A stretch of DNA of 64,000 bases from Callorhinchus milii (GCF_018977255.1 NW_024704743.1:8434001-8498000); one strand, 5' to 3'; counted from the first letter of the stretch, positions 38,695 to 52,849 are shown. The notes: generated from the sequence alone by a model not told the origin. Numbers and translations are program-made.

Positions 38695-39649
38695 CTGTGC
38701 GTCTATCTTTCATTTTCGATATAAATAGTATTTGTGCAACTTCAAAACAACTCTCGCTAAGTCTTCCAAGTTTAATAAAAAGGAAAAAAAATGTTCTTTT
38801 GAAAATAATTTAATCTATTAGACAACATGTCACGGTGAAATATTTAACGTGCGCAACTACAATTTTCACCGACTACTTTCTACAGACAATGTCTTCAACC
38901 AAACCAATCTGACAATTCCTTCTTATCTTGTTTAAAGGACAAATCAACACAAACTTCCACTACCAATATCCCTCTAGCGAGTGAACTTCCCAAAATGAAA
39001 CCCAAATATTGGGGCTGGGAGTATACGACCTATGGCCCAAAAATCCACCTAGTCTCAGGCTGTAACAGACCATTTTATATTAAAATTCAAATGCTAGCTC
39101 ACACATCACACAGCTGAAGTTTGGCCTGGAACTTTCTAATGTTGCTGCTGTGAGCACTTTTTCTGTTGCTTGCACTTGCTGAGATTTGGTTACTTGACCA
39201 CCACCACTGAACTAGGAATATACCAGAGCAAGAATAAATCATCTGTTAAAACTGCTATATTGAGCATATTATTTAGGATTTGCATGTCTTCAGAATCCAG
39301 AAGATTTCAATACAAACACAGTGGAATAAGACATTCCTTGTTCTGTAGTCTGCACTTATAACTCTAGATATGCAAATTAATTATTGTATCTTCTCCAACA
39401 TTACAGTTCACAAGCCAAACTCCAAATACGACAAATGCTTTGTGTACGTGGGGCAACGTCTCAGACCATGTCTTTTCACAACACCAAAAAGCATCACAGA
39501 TACCCATATAATAGAATCCATATCCACATAGATCTTACTAAGATATGCTAACTGGTTTGATAGCTGGCCTTAAGTTCATTGTGGACAAAAGCATGGTGCA
39601 AGGTAACAATGAAGCCACATGCACTTCATTGGATGGTATAAAACCTGCC

Positions 39650-40270
39650 AAAGTGGAAGTTGAAAGAACTAGGGATGTCAGTTGACTCATAAGTTACAAT
39701 GTCCCAACAGTGTGAAAATGCAATTAAAGCAAATATGGTGCAGTGATACACGCCCAATTTGGTTGAATATGGATCCCAAGGAAGTACTGAAGCTTCAGTT
39801 CTTTAGTATATCTGAATGTGACTGTATCTAAAAGCATGAACCAAGACCAACTAATTGCTTGAAGTGGTGAGAGCAATGAAGCTAATTTTCAGTGTTAAAA
39901 AGCTTGAACCATCAGAAATAATTAGATGAGCTTTGAACTCATCAAACCTTTAAAAAATAGTGTCAGAAGATCTTAGATCAAGTTTATGACACTTAGTGGG
40001 ATAAATAAAGCAAACCAATAAGAATATTGAACACACACCAAAGTGGCAGGGCAAGAATCCATAGGTTTGATGTTGGGAAGGACAGGTTATGGCAAACACT
40101 AGAAGTATTTCTTTACATACAGAGTAATCTACAACAACTGGACAGTATTACAAAGAAAGGATGGATGAAGTTGGAACATTGCACTCTAAGAAACAGCTAG
40201 ATGCTGTAATCGAAAAGCCAGAGTTGGTATTCAGGAAGGAAGAACCCAATGGGCATTATTTATGTGAGCA
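39650..40270 (+). mobile_element. Very old CR1 remnant
   Basis: gaactagggatgt.agttga, gcaattaaagcaaatatg, gaagtatttctttacatacagagt resemble CR1 RT C-terminal coding sequence. Similar remnants at about 23400-23740 (+) and 38400-38640 (-). Confidence 0.45.
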
Positions 40271-43200
40271 TCTCTTGTGTTCTCTTCTAGCCATCTCATG
40301 CTGGAACAGAAGATACAAAATCAGCTGACTTGAATCACATATATGGCTTCAGAATGCAACATCTGCTAGGGAGCAGCTAAAAATCTGCAAGAGTAAATTT
40401 CTTTGAACTCCTTAATTGTATGCATGCTTCATTATATATCAACCTAGCTTTTAAATTACAAATTATATGCTACGTTGTGTTAACATAAGTGTGCTATTTA
40501 CACTCTAATTTACATTATTCCACTGCTTCTCATTCATTCAGTGTTGAGTCAACAGAATGCATGCTTATCAGACAAGAACAATGCATCATTTTAATTACTC
40601 TTGCAATATAAAAGGATCCAAAATAATTTTTGGAAATAAAATTCTTAATAAAGATAGTTCTGGTCTTGCATGACATTTTCAAATGGCTGCAGAGTGCAAG
40701 GTAACCAAGATGGAAAAGGCTGGAATAAATGAAAGTTAAAATAAAGAAAAACACGTTTATTCTAAATCATTTTATCATGATTTAAATTTAGTGCCTTGGT
40801 CAAATCGAATGTAAACTGCATCAACAGTAATGTCTATTCATGCTCATCAGAAAAGCAGAAACGAATCAAATCAAGAATGGAATTCCTTACCATAATTGAC
40901 ATTATCAAATTAGAGGTGAAATACAGAAACTTTACATACAAGCTGAATGCACATTCTTGCAACCTTATTTTTGAAAGGAAGTGAAGAGAAAAAAGAGCAT
41001 CACTGGCTGAGCTCGGCAAATACAAGACACTGAAATTATGGAGGACACTGTTACCTCTAGTGAGGACACTTATTTTGGAAAGACCTAACAAAACAGAATT
41101 TTGTACATACTGCAACTTTTAAAAAAGGATTAACCCTTAGTTAAAGACATGAGATGGGGACATTGAAAACTTTTGCATACTCTACTAATATCTTAATGAG
41201 TTAAATCAAGTAACTAAAAATAATCCAAGAATAGATCCTATATCCTCATTAAAAATGGGAACAACTTGCTTTTCAGTCAGACCCAAATACTTCTTTTTTG
41301 CATTTTACACATTTCCGATTGTGGCAACACTGGTGGTGATTACAAGGTTAAATTTACTAAAGAAAAGACCTTTCAAATCCATTAAAATCACATGATTAAC
41401 GGGTTTTCATATTTGCAGTGCAGAGGCACAATATCTTCAATATACATATTTTCTAAACTAAATAATGAGTAAGACAATTGACTTTGAATAACAATCTCGT
41501 ACATTTTGCTCAATCTGGGTTTCTACAGTATGAATTAGGTAATCTGAAAATGTGTGCACTCTGGTAACCTAGTACAATTTCTTCAAGCATTTATGTGCCC
41601 CGGTAATCACGAGTATCAAATTTCTGAAATATCAGAGCTTTTGATTTTGACTGTGCAAAGTTGTTTCTTCATATTATGGTCTTTTTGACTAATAAAATGG
41701 CCTTAATTTTCTCAGGCATAAGACCGATGGAGAGGAGGCGGTTTCAGCTATCTCCAGGTTCATGTCTCCAAATAGTCATTACCTAGGTCAAGGACGGCCA
41801 ACCTGCAGCATGTATAAAATAATTACATGGGCCACATATGGTTTGCAAGTTAGCCATCCCTGACCAAGTCCAACAATTCCTCCATTGGAGACGGACAAAC
41901 CTATGGCTTACTTGTGTAGAGTCACATTAGAAAACAAAAGTGCATGAATAAAATTTGCTTTCCTCTTAGTGCAATTATGCCTAACTTATTGCTGCAGAAA
42001 ATGTACTCGACTAACAATCCAAGCAATTGTTGCTTTGAATAGCAGTTAGGCATGATGAACCATTCAACTGCTATGGTGGATGTCCATCAGATTCCCCTTT
42101 TAAAGAATTCTAGAATGACCAAATAAAATAATCAGTGTCATGGGTTCAATAACTGCCCTGATACAAGTGTTTAAAATGCAAATTTCATTACCTGCATTTA
42201 TAGTAATATACTGATAGTTAGTCATAAAACAGCTTTGATACAGCTCTTATAACAAGTGCAGATGATTGAATGTATTTCAAAGTATTTTAAATTGTGCATT
42301 GAAGCACTCTTACAGCACCATCCTATTTCACAAGAAAAACTAGACATAGAATTAATTAAGTGAAAGATGGAAAGAATAAAGGTCATTTCTGAAATCTGGC
42401 AACACCATTTGAAATAAGACATTCGGTTACGGCATTTGCCCACACAGTAAATCCTGTAAACAGCTTTGGGGTGCCCTCCCAATATGAAAAGCGCTGTACC
42501 AAATACAAGGGTTATGATTACTGAAAGTATTTTTTTCTCCACAATTGTAAATTAGAATTATGTTAAAACAAGAATTCCTGGGACCAACCAGCCGTTGTGC
42601 AAGGATGCTTTCTGGCAAGCATTCATTGGGTCTATAATTGTAGCTTGGAAATATTGTTACTCTAAGAAGTCACCAGATTTATGTTAGGGATGTGCAATAG
42701 TACATTGACTATGTGGCACTAAGCCAATCATTTTGAGGAATAAAAGCAACTGCCAACAGTTTAAGAATCAACACTGTCCAGAAAATGCAAATTTCACTGG
42801 AGAAAGTAAATTAACATTTTATCAATTGTTACTATGTATTAAACTGCCCTCAACAGCAACCAATAAATTGGAATTACTTATAGGTTGGCTGGCTTGAAGC
42901 CTACATAGAAATACACATACTGTACAAAGACAACAGACAACGTAAGAAAGGGCCCACTTGGTAAGACTGCTGCTAACAGCTATTTTACTGCATCACACTT
43001 CAAAAATGCACAAAAATGGATTATTCCTCAAGATGGTCACAGCAAAGTCTGCTGAAAATCAAAAGGAAATGCATGCAGAAAATGTTCACACACGATATTG
43101 CAGGAGGATTTGCCTTCCATAGAATTGGAACACAGATTATGCAGGGTAGTCCAAAACACTGCTTTTGAGCAGATGAATAAAGAAACTATGAGAGCAGTCT

Positions 43201-43504
43201 GAGCTCCTGCTATTTAAACCTAGCACTGGAATTTAATTGACTGCATGGAGTGCAAACTCATGCTGAGAGTAGCTTGATCTGATTGGAACCAAAATTAGGA
43301 CTCAATTCACTTTGGTGAGAACTCCTTCCATCCTAAAAATCAAAGTTTTCTCTTCTAATTTTCTCCCCATTATTCTTTTTCTGAAGTTGTTTACAACACT
43401 TTTCTGCCTTCTACAGGGGTACAGTCCAAAGATGCTGGGCACCTTCAGGTGGTCATTGTGTACCTGTGAGCCTTGACATTGAGCTTTGGCAATGTTATCA
43501 GATT

Positions 43505-44362
43505 GCATCTCTGCAAGAGAGCTAACTTTCTTCAGTTGAACGTCAACGAGACCGAGGCCCTCCTGATTGGCTCCCGTCAGCGCCCTCACACCTCAGGCGT
43601 TAACAGCATCACCATCCACGGATTCACACTCCACCTTACTAAGCCAGTCCAGAACCTTGAGGTCTTGTTTGCCCCTTAACTGTTCTTTCTATCCCACATC
43701 CGTGCCATGACCCGCTCTGCCTTCCCCCACCTCTGCAATATCCCCTGGCTCAGCCACTGTCTCACAGCACAGGCCGCGAAACCCTCATACATGCATTCAT
43801 AACTTTCAGGCTTGACAATGCAAACTTCTTGCTTATCGGCCTCCCCAACTCCTCCCTCCATAGGCTGCAGATCATCCAGAACTCTGCAACCTATGTCCTC
43901 TCCCGCACCAGGCTCCGTGACCCTATCACCCCCATCCTCTGCCAACTCCACTGGTTTCCCATCACACAGAGGATACAGTTCAAGATCCTGGTCCTCACCT
44001 TCAAAGCCCTCCATGACCTTGCTCTCCCCAACCTCTGCAATCTCCTAACCCTCTATGATCTTGCCTGCTCCCTCCCTGCTTCACATCCCTCACCTCCCTC
44101 ACCATTGGCAGGCGAGCCTTCTGCCACTCTGCACCCACCCTCAGGAATTCCACCCCGCAGTCCCTCCGTCTCACCCCCTCCCTTGCCTCCTCCAAGACCC
44201 ATCTCAAGATCCTCCTTTTTGACTGTGGTTTTGATCACCCTCTTCTCCACCCTCCACCCTCACAATCCCGACCCCCAGCTCAAGTCCAAAACACTGTCCA
44301 GCTCATTGGAACGTCCTTCCGACATGAAAGGCGCTATACAAACGTAATTTTGTTGCTGTTGC
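43505..44362 (+). mobile_element. L2 3' fragment in EPC1 intron 10
   Basis: ANFLQLNVNETEALLIGSRQR; LQIIQNSATYVLSRTRLRDPITPILCQLHWFPI; L2 tail. Confidence 0.9.
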
Positions 44363-44799
44363 ATCAAGCTGCTTTTTAAATTACTCTAGTTCATCATAAT
44401 GAGCCAATCATGTCCTCACTGAACCCACACAAGTGCACTTTTTAACAGGAAGTCTCTGGATAGCGATAAAAAGTTGAAATCCTGAGATATTTCTCTTGCT
44501 AATCTGGGTGGTGTGGGTCTATTGTAGTAACCCTGACTTTGAACCTACAGTCCATTTATAACTGAAAAAAAACATTGCTTATTCCCAAACTACTTTAGAA
44601 CCGTAAAGAACACCATAGCAAGTCACCAACCCAATGGTGATCTAGCCTCCCTGTTTTTACAAAATATAGGAAACAATCCGCTTTCTCTCAAGAGGGAAAC
44701 ACAATTAATCCAATATTAATTTCCATTAACATTTTTGCAAAATAAAAAGGATTATTAAAACTTTGAAATAGTTAGAAATGTGGAGCTTCAAGACACACA

Positions 44800-45062
44800 A
44801 GAACAAAAGGAACATAAGAATTGCTAGACAAAAGAAGACCAAGGTCCGTCCAATTTACACCACCAACCTGGCAGTCGTCATGTTCCACACTATATACTGC
44901 AACCCAAGATATTATTTCCAAAAAGAAATCTAATTTGCTTTTGAAAGAATCAACACTTTCTGCTCCTCATGGAGCCTGTTCCATACTACTCGGTCACTAA
45001 AGTAGTGTTTCCGCAGATTTGTTTTGAATTTACAACCCTTCAATCGCAGACCGTGTCTTGTT
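44800..45062 (-). mobile_element. CR1 3' fragment
   Basis: TRHGLRLKGCKFKTNLRKHYFSDRVVWNRL in ORF 44930-45115; gaacataagaa tail. Confidence 0.75.
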
Positions 45063-45373
45063 GCATCATATAAATGTACCAAAGAAATTACAACCCCCAC
45101 TCCCTTCAATCGCAAGCCATGTTTAAAGACACTAAATTCTTATGTATAAATCTTTCTAAAAGAAGTTATTGCAAAGCATCTTTTCATAACTTTCCAAGTA
45201 TTAACCTTCAACTTCTATTTCCATCTCGAAGTATGCTAAAAAGCAAACCTTGCAGGCTAAAATTGTTAAGCCTGTCTTTACCTTCAAAATACAAAGCGAT
45301 ATCGGGTGCCTGAATTGCACTTCAATCACATTTTTATTAGACAAATTATTGTTGGAGTTATCACAGCACATAC

Positions 45374-45729
45374 CACTAATCTGTGTTGAACCAGTGCCAC
45401 TGCTTTTGCTGGAGACAGAGGTACTACATGGCTGGGTCCCAGGTTGTGCTGTTACGATTCGATTTATACCCCGATACAGTTTTCGAGAAGACAGTTCATC
45501 GCGATCATTGTCCTGAAGGGGTGGTGACCGGGGTCTGAAATGCCGCCACCGACATGCTTTAATGTTTTCTAGAATCTGAGTGAGGTCTCTGGAGGGACAA
45601 TCCGAGGTATTTGTTTGTGAGGTATTGGCAAATTCATTAAATGGAGAGTGGGGTGGGGAAGAAAGCATCTCAGGATCCAACTGATGAAGAATACGGTCGT
45701 TTTCTGTGTGCGTTCGGTCCAATAAAATC
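45374..45729 (-). CDS. EPC1: EPC1 exon 10 (356 nt)
   Basis: ttgtag|G ATT TTA...ATT AGT G|gtatgt; ILLDRTHTEND...IKACRWRHFRPRSP...SKSSGTGSTQIS; ends in phase 1, matching the next exon. Confidence 0.93.
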
Positions 45730-45914
45730 CTACAAGGAAAGAGAAATGAAATAAAATTCAAACTATACAACCAAGGAATTCAAAATTCAGGGCATGGATT
45801 CTACCAGAAATCAGCATTACTATTTAAAATAATTTGACAGTATTATTCCCTTTTAAACTGCTGCATCGTGTATGAACGCCAAAGAAATCAGCTACGTGCA
45901 GCAATGCAACTCAA

Positions 45915-46350
45915 AACAATAACATTTACATAGCTCCTTTCACATTGGGAGGACGGTCCAGGGTTCTTAAAAATATTGACTTGGCACCTGAATTGGGAGT
46001 GGGACTGAAAGTATGGTTAAAAGAGGACCTTGAACGAAGTTGGGGAGGGAGTGAGTCAGAGGGAATCCCAGTTTGAGTTTGAGAGTGGGGCCAGAATGGC
46101 TGATGGTGGGGAGGAGGCAGGGACATGAAGCAGGATAGTGCCAGTTGAGCAAAAAAAGTGGCGAGGTTGGTAGGGGTTGAGGCGCAGAGGTAGGGTGAGG
46201 TGTGACTGTGGAGTGATTTAAAAGGCGAGAACAAGAATCTTGAACTCTTATCCACGGAGATTTGGGAAGCCAATGAAGCCAGGCAAGGATAGGGGTGATA
46301 AGACTCACAGAGCCTATTGTGGGAAAGGACACAGGCTGCAGAGTTCTGGC
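45915..46350 (-). mobile_element. L2 3' fragment
   Basis: ITPILAWLHWLP motif and reverse-complement L2 tail. Confidence 0.8.
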
Positions 46351-48092
46351 CCTGAACATCCCCATGTTCGAATCAATTAGAATGAAGTTGTATGCTTTGA
46401 GTGTATTATTAATGTCAGTCGTGCCATTTGAAGAAAACAACTAGAAGATAAGTACCAGGGCAGTACAACGGCAATCAGTAGTACAAAGGCAATCAGTCAA
46501 ATCACTTGGATACTCCAGAAAACACAAATTTCCTTTTTGTGGAACATCACAATGCTTTGGCCAAGAATCCTTTAGACAAAATTTGTCACTCACATCATGG
46601 CTGTTTGTGGGACATTGATCTGCATAAATTGGCTGCACCAGCATTCACCCAAAAATATATACATTCACTGCATTTTACAATAAATGCTTTAAAGCGCTTT
46701 GAGATGTCAACTTAACATAAGGCAAATCCAAGGAATATTATTTTGATAGCTACACATTCAAGCCTTTATTAATTAACACTTCCACTGCACTAAATATTAT
46801 AAATCATATAAAGTTTATAGGAGGCCATTTGGGCCATCAAGTCTGTGCTAGCACTAGCACGCCCATTCTCATTCATTTCCCATATCCTCAAGTATTTCAA
46901 TGCTGTATAGACTCAGCTTCAACTACTATGTGTGCCAAAGCATTCTACATTCCAACAACGAACATAATCATGCAGGTGCCAAGATTCCCCCTTCCGTCAG
47001 CAGTGAACAAATTTATGTCACGCCCATTCTATCACCACTAGAGGTCACTTGTCTACTTTATAATCCAGTGCATCAAAATGCAGTAGTGAGAACCACACAG
47101 TGCAATCCTGTTATAAGCTTAACTAACATCATTTCCTGTTTGCTGCACATGTGCAAAGTACTAAGTGACATCAGCAATGACTGAATGACCTGGAGGTTGG
47201 CTGGCTTTAACGCTAAAATAGCTGGTGCGTGGGTAAATAAATCACCACTGTGCTATGCCAATTTGCATAGTAAAGCAGCAATGTTGATGTAATGACCTAG
47301 TCTAACACTTTAGTGCATATGCACAGTCTGCAGTGAATGGTGTCCACAGTGCAACTGTGTTGTAAGTTAATTTCCTGAAGCATATTATAAAGGGCTACAA
47401 TTTGAGGAATCTCTTTGCTCGTACAAAACTACCGTTTCTTTATTAGAATTGAAAATTCTAGTCAGAAATGCGAGCATGTAGATGAGGAAAACAAGAGCAC
47501 TGAGCCCTAGCTGTACTCACTGTGCAGGTGTGAGAGGGGCAATACAGTTCCAATATACAGCCCAGCCCTGCTATAACGATCTTAACTATAACATGAATTT
47601 GCTTATAGTGCAGTTGCACCATTCACTGCTCATGTGTACAACTGACTCCCTCCGTTGCTGTGCAGGCTGGTGTTTCACCCTAAAATGGCCAACTGCCTTG
47701 CCTGGTCATTAAATCAATTCCAACAGCATTTCCTGCTTTGCACATCCACAACAAAGAAGCTGGTAGTGACATAAACATTGGACATTTTTTTTCCTTTTGT
47801 GCAGAATTGGACAGATCACAGCTTTCTGGGGATATATGCAGTCAAACCAGTCAACTGCTCCTGGCTGGAAGGCTGGTTGTGATTTTTTGGATCCCAAACA
47901 ATGCAATACAATGTGAATCCACTGTATAGGTATAAATATATATATTTTACCTATCCTGGATTTAGGATTTCAATGAGCAAATGCGCTATAAAATCTTTAG
48001 ATAGATTAGCTTAAAAAAAGTGATTAAGTTTGTAAACTAAACTTTTTAATTCTTTTTCCTATAAGTGGTTTAAAAACCCATTCATTACCCAC

Positions 48093-48241
48093 CTTCCACC
48101 TCGTCCAACACGCCTTCGTGCAAAACCAATACATCTCCTGGGTACAGTCAACGTCGTGAGGCAGTATCTGTAGCGAACATCTCCTAATCCTCCATCTTCT
48201 GGACTACACCAAGGCCAATTGCCCATTTGGTCCAAGCGAGG
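48093..48241 (-). CDS. EPC1: EPC1 exon 9 (149 nt)
   Basis: ttatag|CCT CGC TTG...GGA AG|gtgggt; PRLDQMGNWPWCSPEDGGLGDVRYRYCLTTLTVPRRCIGFARRRVGRGGR (EPcB motif). Confidence 0.97.
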
Positions 48242-49598
48242 CTATAACACAAAGAGAGTAAATTGCTCAACTGAGCAAAATCAATACAGTTGTACTTAAT
48301 TTCCTCAAGATGATTCTATTAGCCTAATGATGTCCAGCTATACAGGATAGAAAAATTGCTTTTATTGCATTTAAAAATGGCTACAATGATCACCCTCACA
48401 ACTAGTAGTCTACACCACGAGTTTAGCTTTAATAGGGACCTTTTGCCTTTTTTTATTAAATTGAGCATGAGGGACAATTTTGTGCAAAATAAAATCAAGT
48501 ATTTTTAGATGGTGCAATTGGAGCCAAGTTGTTAAGAGTATAAAGTTGGTGTGATGGTTTATGAACGTTTAGACTAAAGTTTATATAAAGAGGATTTTTG
48601 ATGATTGAGCTGATCTCAAGGGGAAAAATGCAATAAAAAATGGCTGCTCTGCCGAGCATATTTAGAAAGGTACGATCAATCGTGAAAATATAGGGTCAGC
48701 GGCATAGTGGCACTCAATTACTTTCTGTACATGTGAATACACGGCTTACGTCACCACATTACTTATACAACAGCATCAGACGTCGCACAAGCATGACTAG
48801 CTAGTTAGCCGCAAACACCCTCCCGAACTGCAGAGACAACATAAAAACAGCAGATGCTTAAAATGTAGTAGCACCTCAAACTTGGTACTTTGCTAAATTA
48901 AGTCAATGAAACTGCAATATAAAAGCAACATTAGTTGGATGCAATGGGTCATTTTAATCAGTAGGTTTACATAAGATGGAAGTCAGTTGAAGCCTGAACT
49001 TGTAAAATTGGTGGTAGTTACGCTTCAGGTAATGGGATCTGGAGAATATTCTTAGGTATTTCTTTTCTTTACATATGCATATACTTTATCTATAGACACC
49101 ATTTTAAAACCTCTATTAAAGACTACTCCAAGTTTTATTTCTACATTGAAAAGCCTTTATTAATAATAAGTTTATTATTGTTCATATTTGTTATGCTCAT
49201 TTTGTGTTTTTCCATTTTAAGTGGGCTGTTGTGTTCTTTTCATATTAGGCTTGGATGGCGTTAATTTGAGCAGTAGTATTTTAATGTAAGATCACACTGT
49301 ATTCTATAGGGAGATTAAGTTGATCTTAAAATACATGATTTAGCATACAATTTAAGACCAGCAAATGATACGAACATTACAAAGTCAATTAAAATTACAT
49401 TCTAGAATTAGGCACATTTATTTTTAAAAAAATGAAGAAATACATCAAATTTAAAAACCCAAGAAATTCAAACATGCTACAATTTCTGACAAACTTCAAC
49501 TGTCTGTCCACAGTGTTTATACTCATGGTCCTGAGTGAATTTAGAAAATAAATTATCTGTAAAATAGTTAGTACTGAAGCTATCATTTAGTTACTTAC

Positions 49599-49688
49599 AG
49601 AATAATATTGACATCCTGCTTTCCTTCGGAAAGCAAAAGAGCCGTCAGGGTCATTTTCTTCTTCCGCCTCTGATGATGCAGAATGGAC
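49599..49688 (-). CDS. EPC1: EPC1 exon 8 (90 nt)
   Basis: ttaaag|GTC CAT TCT...TAT TCT|gtaagt; VHSASSEAEEENDPDGSFAFRRKAGCQYYS. Confidence 0.96.
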
Positions 49689-50010
49689 CTTTAATGAAAA
49701 AACAGGTTGTAAGCTACCGTTACAATAATTTTTCAAATACGTATGACATCAGGTGATCACAATTACTAGTTTAAATTTAAATCTATTAATTTTGTCCACA
49801 AAATACAGTAAATTCACTTTTCGTGAAGCGTTTTGAGACGTCTCATTGACATGATAAGGTGTTACATTAAATGCAAGGATTATTATTCATTATAAATACA
49901 ATTATCTGCGTAACATAGGTCTGATCCAACTATTATTGATCCATTTCAAAAAGGAGAAATCTTTCTTTAATTGCAAAAAATAAAATGTAATCCAGTACTT
50001 TGATACAAAC

Positions 50011-50187
50011 CTGTGAGAAAGGTTCTTCATCAGAGCTTGGAAAGTCATACTGGTTCATGTCCTTCGCATTGAAGACCGGCAGTGCAGCAGGGCTCGTCTG
50101 CTGAGGTGCAGCAGCAGTTGGTTGTAAGACTTTATGTTTTTTCTTCTCATATTTCCTCTTGGGCCGTATAATTTCCACATTCTCTTG
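50011..50187 (-). CDS. EPC1: EPC1 exon 7 (177 nt)
   Basis: ttgcag|CAA GAG AAT...TCA CAG|gtttgt; QENVEIIRPKRKYEKK...QQTSPAALPVFNAKDMNQYDFPSSDEEPFSQ. Confidence 0.96.
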
Positions 50188-50959
50188 CTGCAACACAATT
50201 ATCATAAACAAAATTCAACTATGCAGCAGAAAATAAAAGATCAGCACCAGTTATTTAAAATCAAAAACATAACATCTTCCACTTGCCACAAATTTAAATC
50301 CACCCAAGATCTAGATTGTTGTATACTTCTAAAGGAATCCTTAGAAAGAATCCCATGAGTATGCTTGGATACTCAGATTATTTTGAACAATATGGAATAT
50401 CATTTTTATTTACAGTACAAAGAAGGCTCAAGAGGAAGGTAAAGGGATGCAAGGTGTGGCAGATAATAATCCTTGCATTTTATATGGCGCCTTATCGTGT
50501 CTTCGAGATGTCTTCACAGGATGTACTGTACAATGTAGTGACTGTTTTTGTGGGCGAAACACGATTCAATGAGTGAAAATAATCCTACTCATATATAACC
50601 TACTTTCTTCATTCTTAATTGTTTTAGACACTGAAGGAACTACTAAAGTTGTGCTGCAAGATCTACAATGGCGAGGATCATAAAAGCTAAATTCTAGTGG
50701 TCAGAACTGATGTACAACAAACACCAACGTTGACACCAAATTATTTCATGTTGCAATACTTGATAAAATACATGACGACTTTCCAGATTGCGAACTATTT
50801 AGCAAAGCAAGACTACACAACATAGGTTTGTCTCAAGTGATATTGGATGGATCAATACACTCTTTGTATTAAGAGGACTATGCAACTGTGATGAATACAA
50901 ATTTACATTTATACAGTGCCTTTCAAGTTGGGAGGACACCCCAAGGCAATGGATTTTTT

Positions 50960-51190
50960 TCCTAAACGGGGGAAGTACTGGAGGAGTAAGCAGATAGGCT
51001 GAGTGGAGCTCTCAAGATGAGAGCCATGTCATCACCATGACAGTTGGGGTATAGTGTGATGAGAGGTGTAGGCAGATGGGCTGGCCTTGGTGAGGGGAAG
51101 GTGTTGCCAGGAGTGAGCCAGATTTCAGTAAGTGCAAGGATATCAATGTCGATGGTGAGATCTTTCACAGATTCTCTGAATAAGGCTCTC
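50960..51190 (-). mobile_element. L2 endonuclease N-terminal fragment
   Basis: DIDILALTEIWLTPG resembles the APE D...LTETWL motif. Confidence 0.65.
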
Positions 51191-51874
51191 TGCTGTAAGC
51201 CTGTCCAGGGAGGCGTAAAGTGCAAAAACAAAAATCAAGCAATTTGTGCCACTATGCTTTCATGCCTTAAGGCAACTGAGTCAGTGATTATCTTTGTTCA
51301 GTATTGTGAAGCCTTCATTAAATTAAATGCGTTTTCGAACAGCTTTCTGTGTAGACCCAACCTCTCCAAAACAATCACACAAACCAATTCCATATACGTG
51401 TATAGATAGATAAACATAGCTGGGAGTGTCTCATAATGTCAAATGGAATTTCTTAAAGGGCAAGCTTTGGACCTAATCCAATGTCTTGGGAGGATGTTGA
51501 GAATATAGATTTTATTAAACAAAAATTGTGCAAGAACTGCAACGTTCCCACAGATCTCAATTGCAACATCAAAAATTACAATTGCATCCCCAAATATGCA
51601 GACAGAATTCAAGTACTTTGGTATGTTTAGTTTTTACCCTTTTTATTTAAAGGTAGGGTAGACAGAAAATCAAATGGAATTCCACAACTATGGGATATGT
51701 TAAAATAATTTACATTTCAGTAATTAAATAAATAATGCTAGATTTCGATGCAATACCACAATGTGAAATATCTTCAATTACAGATCTGAAATAGCCAAAA
51801 CTTGGCTTGTATGAGTATTAGCCTGTGTAACTGAACATTGCGAATGCTTCAATATTACCTGACCTGATTCTTAC

Positions 51875-52034
51875 CTTATTAGCTTTAAATTCTTTAAACT
51901 CCATAAACTCTTGATGTTTAAATTGATTGCTATTTGATATTGGAATGATTGGCACAGAGTAAGTTGGCTTTACGTGCTGCCGCTGTGCCATTACCTCAGA
52001 CAAGATTTCGCCATTGAAGTCACCCAGACTGTGC
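51875..52034 (-). CDS. EPC1: EPC1 exon 6 (160 nt)
   Basis: tcttag|G CAC AGT...AAT AAG|gtaaga; HSLGDFNGEILSEVMAQRQHVKPTYSVPIIPISNSNQFKHQEFMEFKEFKANK. Confidence 0.96.
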
Positions 52035-52849
52035 CTAAGAAAGTAAAAGATTAAATTTCAGGGTGAAATAACTGCAACAGAGATTCTGATGACCAAACGC
52101 ATATTACGGTCTGGGGCTCGATTAAGTTGTACATTTGCTATGAACAATAATACTGATTTAGTGGGTGGTGTATTTTAATCTGATTTGTAAAAGAAGTTAG
52201 AAAACTAATTTTCTCATAACATTGGTGATATTTTGCATAAACTTTAAAATGATCCACAAACAAATAAGAGATGCAGCAAGCTCAACACGGTCAACGGGTT
52301 CAAGCCCTCACTTCACTCTCGGGTACGTATTTTATACTTGCTTGGAAAATTGTGGTTAAATGACACCGCAAAGTTACATTTATATATTGCCTTTCACATC
52401 TGTAGGACAATTGCTGACAGCTTAAAATGTTGTTAATAGTTACTATGGTGTAAGCAATTAGTGCATCACAAATAATTTCAACACAAAGAAATAATAGTCA
52501 CATAGAGTACCATTACACACCCGATACCCCTCAACTTGTAGACAAAACGTACGGCATTCCCTCTAAGTTTTCCCCCAACGTTTATCCCCTCTCTATGGTA
52601 GTTAGTAAAACCATTTCTTAAAGTGAAGCAGACAATCTCAGTTGGAACAGCAACAGATGTGTTAAAATAGGCCTCAATGACCCTGAACTGGACATTTTTT
52701 TTTCTTTTAAAAGTTCAGAAGTACTTGCACAGCACCTGACTCCAGCAAGAGAGAAAGCCTTAAGAAGAGCATGTATTTGCATGCAATTATGTCTTGCTGT
52801 CCATCTAACGTTTAAAAGATTTCCTCAAAATGGTTTAACTATGATTATT

